A DNA stretch of 64,000 nucleotides from an uncultured Candidatus Saccharibacteria bacterium (GTDB taxonomy: Bacteria > Patescibacteriota > Dojkabacteria > J137), in the NCBI GenBank assembly GCA_965230975.1, contig OZ246402.1, positions 37,771 to 101,770 of the forward strand. The letters are read 5' to 3'. The notes below the pieces were generated by a model that saw nothing but the letters and a program-made list of their open reading frames with translations, did not search any database and was not told the DNA's origin. Shown one piece after another: positions 56,966-64,000 of this stretch. Every line of letters starts with the position of its first letter. Position 1 is the stretch's first letter. A program made the translations under genes and the position numbers.

Positions 56966-59128
56966 CTACATCTTTTGCAAGTTTGCATACTCAAGCATTA
57001 GCTCTTTTTGACCATGGATTGCCCCAAAATCTATAACCACATTTGTGCCTGTTATCTTTACAACTTTACCCACGCCAAAATATTCGTGTTTTACTTTATC
57101 TCCGCTTTTTAAAGAAACATTCGGAACCCATTCATTGTCTGGTTCAAAAGTACTATCCTCCCATTCAAAATCACTACTCGATTTAACATAAGAGTGATCC
57201 ATCTCTCTTTGAACAAGCTCTGGGTTAATATCTTCGGCAAATCTGGAAAGAGGATTCATTTGAGTAATACCAAAATACTTTCTTTTAACAGCATGTGTTA
57301 AATATAATTGTTGTTTTGCTCTTGTAATAGCAACATAAGCAAGCCTTCTCTCCTCTTCTAACTCTGCTTCATTAAGCATAGAATTTGTGTGAGGGAAAAG
57401 ATTTTCTTCCATACCTACAACAAAAACATGTTCAAATTCTAAACCCTTTGCCGCATGAATAGTCATTAAAGTAACATAGTCTTTTAACTCATCATCCTTT
57501 TGGCTAGAAGCACCTTCTAATAAAGCCACCTCTTCTAAAAACATCTCTAAACCTTCAAGCGGAGGGTCATTTTCAAATTTAGTAGCAACTGAAATAAGTT
57601 CTTTTAAGTTTTCTATTCTAGATTCATTTTCTAAAGTCCCATCTTCAAGCATTTTTACATAACCTGTTTCTTCTAATAGATAGTTAATAAACTGGGCAAC
57701 AGAAAGTTCTGCTGATTTAAATTTAAGACGCTTCATAAGTTCCGAAAACCTACCCATTGCTGGGTGGTCAATAATATTTTTAGAATCCAGTAAGAACTCT
57801 AAAAGGCTTTGCCCTTTTGCTACTGCTTGATTAATGTATGTCATTACAGTTTTTTCACCAATTCCACGCTTTGGAACATTAATAACTCTTTCCAAACTTT
57901 TGTTATCTTTTGGATTATAAATAGATCTTAAATAACTAATTATGTCTTTAATCTCTTTTCTGTCATAGAATCTTAGACCACCAACAATTTTGTAAGGGAT
58001 AGCGCTTGAAATAAAAGCCTCTTCTAAAGACCTGGATTGAGCATTAGTTCTATAAAGAATAGCAATATTGTTATAAGGCATGTCTTTTGCTAATTTTGAT
58101 ATTTTTTCTGTAATCCAGTTGGCTTCGGAAACCTCATCGCTTGCGGTATAAAGAATTATGTTTTCTCCATCGGTATTATCTGTCCAAAGCTTTTTATCTT
58201 TTCGACCACGATTTTTTGAAATTACTTGGTAAGAAGCTTCTAAAATCTTTTTTGTAGACCTGTAATTTTGTTCAAGTTTAACAACTTTTGCATTTGGATA
58301 ATCTTTTTCAAAGTTCAAAATGTTTTTAATTGTTGCCCCTCTAAATGCATAAATGCTTTGATCATCATCACCTACACAACAGATATTTTTATATTCCTGC
58401 GCAAGCTTAGAAATTATTATGTACTGAGCATGGTTTGTATCTTGGTATTCATCTACCAATATATATTTAAACTGTTTTTGATACTTTTCTAAAATATCTG
58501 GAGCTTTTGTAAAGAGTTCTACGGTTTTGAGTAATAAATCGTCAAAATCTACAGCATTATTCTCCCTTAAAATTTGGTTGTACATTGGGTAAACCTCAGC
58601 AACTGTTTGTTGAAAATACCCCTGAGCATATGTAGCATAAGATTCAGAATCCACTAGTTCATTTTTTGCAGATGAGATATATGAATGGATTGCACCAGGA
58701 TTAAAATCCTTTACAGAAATATTAAGACGGGCCATTGCAGCTTTGACTGTTTCGCGCTGGTCAGAAGAATCATAAATTGTGAAATTTTTGCCTAAACCAA
58801 CAACTTCTCCATGGCGCTTTAAAAGCTTTACGCATATAGAATGGAAAGTACCCATCCAAGGCAAGGCGGATTGTTCAGATGCGTCTTGTGGATTAGTTTC
58901 GGTAATAAGTTTAGCAATTCTCTCTTTCATTTCACCGGCAGCTTTGTTAGTAAAGGTCATAGCCAAAATATTTTGAGGACCAGCCAAGCCAGTGTTTAAA
59001 ATAAAGGCGATTCTGTATGTTAAAACTTTGGTTTTACCACTACCTGCGCCGGCAAGCACTAGCAATGGCCCGTCTGTAGTTATAACTGCTTCTTTTTGTG
59101 GTGGATTTAAAGTATCTAGATTAATCAT
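56966..59128 (-). CDS. pcrA: PcrA/UvrD helicase
   Basis: LAGAGSGKT, TFTNKAA, VDEYQDTN, VGDDDQSIY, LEQNYRS, TIHAAKGLEF, EERRLAYVAITRA, C-terminal Tudor-like domain. Confidence 0.97.
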   Translation of the reverse strand: MINLDTLNPPQKEAVITTDGPLLVLAGAGSGKTKVLTYRIAFILNTGLAGPQNILAMTFTNKAAGEMKERIAKLITETNPQDASEQSALPWMGTFHSICVKLLKRHGEVVGLGKNFTIYDSSDQRETVKAAMARLNISVKDFNPGAIHSYISSAKNELVDSESYATYAQGYFQQTVAEVYPMYNQILRENNAVDFDDLLLKTVELFTKAPDILEKYQKQFKYILVDEYQDTNHAQYIIISKLAQEYKNICCVGDDDQSIYAFRGATIKNILNFEKDYPNAKVVKLEQNYRSTKKILEASYQVISKNRGRKDKKLWTDNTDGENIILYTASDEVSEANWITEKISKLAKDMPYNNIAILYRTNAQSRSLEEAFISSAIPYKIVGGLRFYDRKEIKDIISYLRSIYNPKDNKSLERVINVPKRGIGEKTVMTYINQAVAKGQSLLEFLLDSKNIIDHPAMGRFSELMKRLKFKSAELSVAQFINYLLEETGYVKMLEDGTLENESRIENLKELISVATKFENDPPLEGLEMFLEEVALLEGASSQKDDELKDYVTLMTIHAAKGLEFEHVFVVGMEENLFPHTNSMLNEAELEEERRLAYVAITRAKQQLYLTHAVKRKYFGITQMNPLSRFAEDINPELVQREMDHSYVKSSSDFEWEDSTFEPDNEWVPNVSLKSGDKVKHEYFGVGKVVKITGTNVVIDFGAIHGQKELMLEYANLQKM

Positions 59129-59334
59129 AAAGGGCTAAAAGAAATTAATTCGAATAGTGTTATGTGTTTAAGGTTTTATGTTTAAAAATTATCTTATTAT
59201 ACTAATGCATGTATACCAAGTATTCTATCATGATAATCTTACAAGAAACTTACAAATTAAACTTTTAAACCGTTTAAAGTAAATGAATTTTGACATGATA
59301 TAATTTCCAAATTAGTTAATTATTATTAATTACA

Positions 59335-60618
59335 ATGCCTCAATCAGACCCAAGTAATTTAGATAGACCGCGACTAGATGAACCTCAAACAACCATTGAT
59401 TTGTATAATGCTTATAACGATTACCTTGGCAAAACTGCAGAAGCCGATGAACTTTATTATGCAAATATAATAAACCAATATCCAAATGAAAAAGCTCGGG
59501 TTTTACAAATTCTTCAACAAAATTTAAGCCTAGTTGTTCTAAAAAATTTAAGTCCTGAAATTCCTGTAGATTATTACTTTTCTATGGCCTTGCATTATGG
59601 AATGCAAAATCTTGCACAAGGATTTGTAGTAAGACCTGAACTATTAACCAGTTTGAATAAATTTGCATACAAAACATTTATTAAGTTTGGTTATAAACTT
59701 ACTGCCTATAATTTTTTTCAAGGTGCTTTTCCAGAAAAACCATATCTGTGGCCTATTTCACTCGGCATTTTTCTGATAGGAAAAGCAAATATTCCACTAA
59801 AGAAGGAAATGTTGCATACTTGGGCAACTCTTCTGAATATTTCAGAATCGAGCCTTGACCGAAACTTCTTAGTTGAAGAGCAAACAGCTTCTATACAGCA
59901 AGCAAAAGAAGACCCCTTGAAGTTTTTCAATAACTTTACAAAGTTACAATCTTCTGAAGTTACACCAGAATTCGAACAACTGGCTTTTGCAATTTTTACA
60001 GAATTATTAAACAGTCAAGATTATGAAAAACTTTCTCTTATAGACATAACAAAGTATGTTAATCATCTAATTGAAATTAACCCGATTCTAGCTGAATATC
60101 TATTAACTGAGGTTTTAGTTAACATGTGGAAAAAACTAGCGGATTTGAATGAAGAAGACTCCTATTACTTAGAATGGGTCATTAGAGAATTATCTGTAAG
60201 TTTTATCCCCTTAATAATTGAAGAACCTCATCTTATAGAGAGGTTTAATATAATCATCGAACCTATTGCTAAAATGTTTCCTAATTTATACTTTGAGATT
60301 TTTTGGAGACTTGGACTCCAAGATGGGATAACACGCAATACAATTAATGTGCTTTTTCCCCAACTATGGAATGCTATTAATCAAGACGTTCTTGGGGTCA
60401 TACTTTGTTTTCAGAATGATTTAAATGAGTTTGAAAAAAGAGATATCCTAATCAATCCTTATTTTAGAGAGTTTTTAAAAAACTTAATTGCTTTGGGATT
60501 GTTTAAAGTAAATGACGATGATACTGGGTTAATTATAAATACAAAGATTCAACCGATCCCTTTTATCTTGGATATTTTAAGGGATATTACTCAAGCTGAA
60601 GCTAACCAAAGTGTTTAG
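59335..60618 (+). CDS. Hypothetical helical protein
   Basis: 427-aa ORF; no motif recognised. Confidence 0.7.
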   Translation: MPQSDPSNLDRPRLDEPQTTIDLYNAYNDYLGKTAEADELYYANIINQYPNEKARVLQILQQNLSLVVLKNLSPEIPVDYYFSMALHYGMQNLAQGFVVRPELLTSLNKFAYKTFIKFGYKLTAYNFFQGAFPEKPYLWPISLGIFLIGKANIPLKKEMLHTWATLLNISESSLDRNFLVEEQTASIQQAKEDPLKFFNNFTKLQSSEVTPEFEQLAFAIFTELLNSQDYEKLSLIDITKYVNHLIEINPILAEYLLTEVLVNMWKKLADLNEEDSYYLEWVIRELSVSFIPLIIEEPHLIERFNIIIEPIAKMFPNLYFEIFWRLGLQDGITRNTINVLFPQLWNAINQDVLGVILCFQNDLNEFEKRDILINPYFREFLKNLIALGLFKVNDDDTGLIINTKIQPIPFILDILRDITQAEANQSV

Positions 60619-60676
60619 GAGTGTACACTATTTGCAACATCTATATAGTTATTGCAAATTTAGATATAATACTTAG

Positions 60677-62554
60677 ATGAAACTTGTAGACTTAAGTTTT
60701 AAAAAGAGCAAACTTGGTAGCCACGCGAATTTATATGCATTTGTCTTGACAGGCTTTTTTGCTTTCACGCTTTTGTCTATATCTGCACAAAAAGTAAGCG
60801 CATATATTACCCAAAGGGACTATCAAAGAATATACACTGTTCAAGATGATTACCTACAAGTAAACGAAAAAAAGACCCTAACCATAACCCAAGATAGTTG
60901 GTACATACCTGCAGGTAGCGAAGAAAGTTTTATAATCTTTAATCCTATTGAAGGCGACCCCAAACTTGAAGAAAAGAAAAAACTAACGATAGAATCTATT
61001 CAAGCAACAGATTCTCTTGGAAATACTTTAAAATACACCCTACAAGACTCTGAAAAAGGAAATACTTTAATCTCTATAAAAACAGCCCGGCTTGTAAGAT
61101 ATAACGAACCCTACACCATTCAATTATCTTATAAATCTTATGGGTTACTATTAAAAAGTGGTGCTATAAGAGATGCTTATGTTCCCGCATTTGCAAAAAC
61201 ATATGTATTTGAATCGGACTCAACCAAAGAGATAGTTACTACAAAAGTCATTTCTAGTAAAGGTTTTGGTCCTATAAACTTTTCTGTGCCAAAAGCTCAA
61301 ATAGTAGAAGATGAAAATAATTACACTCTTGAATATACACAAGCAGACTTGGTTGGAGATACAGGATGGATACAAATCGGCAACAAACAATTTTATACTT
61401 TTGAAATAGAACAACCTTATAAAAAAAGCACTGACTTTCCTTTTGCATTTAACACATACAAGATTGTAATTCCCAGAAACATACAAAGTGGTTATATAAG
61501 TCAAAAAGTATTTTTTTCTGAAATATCTCCTTCCCCTCAAAAAATTGAACAAGATTTAGATGGAAATTTAATCGCTTATTTTAAAATACCTGCCCTAGAT
61601 ACCGGATCTATTATCATTAAAGGTTATGCAACAATAGAAGAATCAGAAAGCTTTGATATTAAAGATTCCGGAAGTATTACCGATATACCTAAAGATGTCA
61701 TTAATCGTAATACAAAGAATGGTAAATACTGGGAAGTTGATACTGTCGAAATTAGAAATGTAGCACTTCAAATTAAAGGGTCTGAAACGGACGTTTACAA
61801 AATAATGGAAAAAACTTATCAATATGTTGTTGATAAAATTGACTACAGCGATATTAAGAGATTTGGAATAAACGACAGACAAGGCGCATTAAAAACACTT
61901 CAAGGAGGTGCTGCGGTTTGCATGGAATATTCCGACCTGTTCATTACATTGTTAAGGGCAATGGGAATTCCGGCTCGTGGAGCATTTGGATATGGATACT
62001 CTTCTTTAGATTACCAATCTATAACCGATGGTAGCATTAATCATCAATGGGCAGAAGTTTATTTGCCAAAGCAAAACATTTGGGTTCCTGCAGATACAAC
62101 CTGGGGTGAATCTGGAGATTTACTAATTGGCGGAGATTTAAATCACTTTTATTCTCATGTAGCATCTGTTAACCCTGAAATACCAAGTACAACAGAAGTA
62201 TCTTTTTATGGCAATTCACCAAATTTGGCAGATAGAAAAATGAATGTAGAAATAGTAGAAGAATCTGCAATAAAGGATCTAGGTGGTACAAGCCAAGAAG
62301 AGCTACTTAAACAGTATCCTGAAGATACAAGTTTAGGTGGAGCGTTGCAAAATATAACTGATTCCGCAAAACTATTTTGGGATAGAATAGATTCTCAATA
62401 CAAAACTATTATTGTGGCTGTTATAGTAGTGGTCGTAACAATAATATTGGGTTTTTCAATTTACAAAATAATAAGAAAATATCAAAGCAAGGTTAAACTA
62501 AAGTCTACAATCACTAATTCTTCTGACTTAGAAACTACTAAACCTCAAGATTAA
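60677..62554 (+). CDS. Secreted, C-terminally anchored transglutaminase-like protein
   Basis: Signal peptide; VCMEYS (Cys), LRAMGIPAR, HQWAEVY (His), ADTTW (Asp); C-terminal TM. Confidence 0.88.
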   Translation: MKLVDLSFKKSKLGSHANLYAFVLTGFFAFTLLSISAQKVSAYITQRDYQRIYTVQDDYLQVNEKKTLTITQDSWYIPAGSEESFIIFNPIEGDPKLEEKKKLTIESIQATDSLGNTLKYTLQDSEKGNTLISIKTARLVRYNEPYTIQLSYKSYGLLLKSGAIRDAYVPAFAKTYVFESDSTKEIVTTKVISSKGFGPINFSVPKAQIVEDENNYTLEYTQADLVGDTGWIQIGNKQFYTFEIEQPYKKSTDFPFAFNTYKIVIPRNIQSGYISQKVFFSEISPSPQKIEQDLDGNLIAYFKIPALDTGSIIIKGYATIEESESFDIKDSGSITDIPKDVINRNTKNGKYWEVDTVEIRNVALQIKGSETDVYKIMEKTYQYVVDKIDYSDIKRFGINDRQGALKTLQGGAAVCMEYSDLFITLLRAMGIPARGAFGYGYSSLDYQSITDGSINHQWAEVYLPKQNIWVPADTTWGESGDLLIGGDLNHFYSHVASVNPEIPSTTEVSFYGNSPNLADRKMNVEIVEESAIKDLGGTSQEELLKQYPEDTSLGGALQNITDSAKLFWDRIDSQYKTIIVAVIVVVVTIILGFSIYKIIRKYQSKVKLKSTITNSSDLETTKPQD

Positions 62555-62596
62555 ACAAAGTTTGTATCTTTGCCTCAATTTTATTAATATATATAC

Positions 62597-63163
62597 ATGG
62601 CAAAGAAATTATTTACTACAATAAATGATGACAACCCGTTTAAAAAACTTTACTCATGGAGTTCACCCGAAAGGCAGTGGTTTAAGAAAGATAGAGCTTG
62701 GTATTTAACTTACTCTTTGTTTTTTATTGTACTTATTGCTTTTTTGGCACTACTTGGTGAATTACTTTTAATCTTGGCTGTTTTGGCATTTGTATTATTG
62801 TGGTTTGTGCAAGGCGCAACTCCTCCACAAATGGTAGAACATACCGTAACCTCTTTGGGTTTAAGAACATTTGAAACTTTCTATAAATGGCAAAATATTA
62901 ATCATTTTTGGTTTTCTAAAAAGGGTAATACTTTGCTATTAAACCTAGAAACTTTTGAAGATAAAAGGCCAGATTATACAAAAAGAATAACTTTATTGTT
63001 AAATGATAATCAAGATGAAGAATTATTTAAAATATTAATAAACTATCTTGATTATGGAGATAAAAAAGAGATAGGGTTTACTCCTTTGACACAAGTAATT
63101 AGCGGTCAATACTTTGACTCTCAAAAATATTTAGACGAATCTAATAGCATTCAAATAAATTAA
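62597..63163 (+). CDS. Two-TM membrane protein with PH-like C-terminal domain
   Basis: WSSPER..WY, TM hairpin, YKWQNINHFW. Confidence 0.7.
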   Translation: MAKKLFTTINDDNPFKKLYSWSSPERQWFKKDRAWYLTYSLFFIVLIAFLALLGELLLILAVLAFVLLWFVQGATPPQMVEHTVTSLGLRTFETFYKWQNINHFWFSKKGNTLLLNLETFEDKRPDYTKRITLLLNDNQDEELFKILINYLDYGDKKEIGFTPLTQVISGQYFDSQKYLDESNSIQIN

Positions 63164-63250
63164 ATTCCCAATGTTATAATTAAGTGTACATGACACCTTA
63201 GGGCTTTATTGTTCCAAATTTATATTTGGTACAGATATAGTCCCGAGATT

Positions 63251-63324
63251 GCACTGGTAGCTCAATTGGATAGAGCACTTCTTTGCGGAAGAAGCGGTTG
63301 GAGGTTCGAGTCCTCTCTAGTGCA
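63251..63324 (+). tRNA. tRNA-Arg (GCG), CCA not encoded
   Basis: GCACTGG/CTAGTGC acceptor, CTTCT-TT-GCG-GA-AGAAG anticodon arm, TTCGAGT T-loop. Confidence 0.95.
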
Positions 63325-63431
63325 ATCTCGGGATTTAACACCTTTAGGCTTATTCTTTCACCAATGAACTTCTAATGTTGTTTAAAACTAATTAAGGAAT
63401 TAAAATAGCTTATATATATTTTTTAACATTT

Positions 63432-64000
63432 ATGAAACGAAAAGGAATTATTATAGTAATTTTGATTTTATTAATGTGTTGTATAACAACAACCGCTACA
63501 ACCACTGCTGTTATATTGTTTATTAGAAGCAGAGAAACCGAAACTCTACTTAACCAACAAAGAAATACTGTAGACGAGTCTGCTCAAGAGTCTAATCAAT
63601 CTGAAAATAACAATTCGTTAGATGAAGAAACTTTGCCAAACTATGAAATACAAGATAAGTCTATAATTGAAGATACTGAAAGCTACTCTTTAAATGTAAT
63701 ATACCCTGAATTAATTAATTATACTAATGCTTCAGTTGAAGCTGACTTTAATGACCTAGTTTTTTACAAAGTTAATTCTTTGGTTAGAGAAATTAGATTC
63801 TCTGAACCAAGTGAGATGTCTGCAAAAAATTCACTTGATCTAGACTACTCTGTTATATATCAAACAAATCGTTTCTTAAGCATTATTATTCAAGGCCAAA
63901 TGTATACTGGCGGTGCACATCCAAACCCAGTAGTTATAACTATTAACTATGATTTTGAATTAAATAAAGACTTAGCTTTAAAAGATCTATTTATAGCCGG
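63432..64000 (+). CDS. RsiV/PdaC-like (DUF4163/DUF3298) membrane-anchored protein, partial
   Basis: Hand translation MKRKGIIIVILILL...VIYPEL...LSIIIQGQMYTGGAHPNP..TINYD..LALKDLF; runs off the window. Confidence 0.8.
   Translation, partial: MKRKGIIIVILILLMCCITTTATTTAVILFIRSRETETLLNQQRNTVDESAQESNQSENNNSLDEETLPNYEIQDKSIIEDTESYSLNVIYPELINYTNASVEADFNDLVFYKVNSLVREIRFSEPSEMSAKNSLDLDYSVIYQTNRFLSIIIQGQMYTGGAHPNPVVITINYDFELNKDLALKDLFIA

Noticed and set aside
4780-61882. Numerous 60-143 aa ORFs overlapping annotated genes
   Set aside because: Antisense or out-of-frame shadows of well-supported genes, with no motifs
1-64000. Alternative genetic code (UGA=Gly, as in Gracilibacteria/SR1)
   Set aside because: Conserved genes are full length under code 11, and lepB ends at TGA at the expected position

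Overview
AT-rich bacterial chromosomal window, standard genetic code, with no prophage, transposon or CRISPR array visible. The gene content suggests a small-genome CPR/Patescibacteria-like organism (inference): housekeeping genes outside their usual operons, a protease-less Lon, a baseplate-J/FtsA-like pair, a sortase, and many orphans. Core genes are rplY, yidC, comF, ruvX, mltG, lexA, fmt, ileS, lepB, parAB, rny, rpoD, ftsQ/ftsA/ftsZ, rpsO, trmD and pcrA. RNA genes read from the raw sequence are tRNA-Asn(GTT), tRNA-Pro(TGG), tRNA-Arg(GCG) and an atypical 458-nt tmRNA. The strongest unusual signals are in the stable RNAs. The tmRNA has lost both halves of the tRNA elbow (D-loop GG and TTCRANY T-loop), encodes a long tag, and has a leader complementary to its own 5' end. 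Two tRNAs sit inside 10-bp leader/trailer inverted repeats that extend the acceptor stem. A structured RNA lies upstream of rny. Other highlights are a 6-unit phased repeat array and a 33-bp motif shared upstream of comF and pcrA, a candidate GTATAC LexA operator, seven probably leaderless genes, and several unusual domain fusions or pseudo-enzymes.
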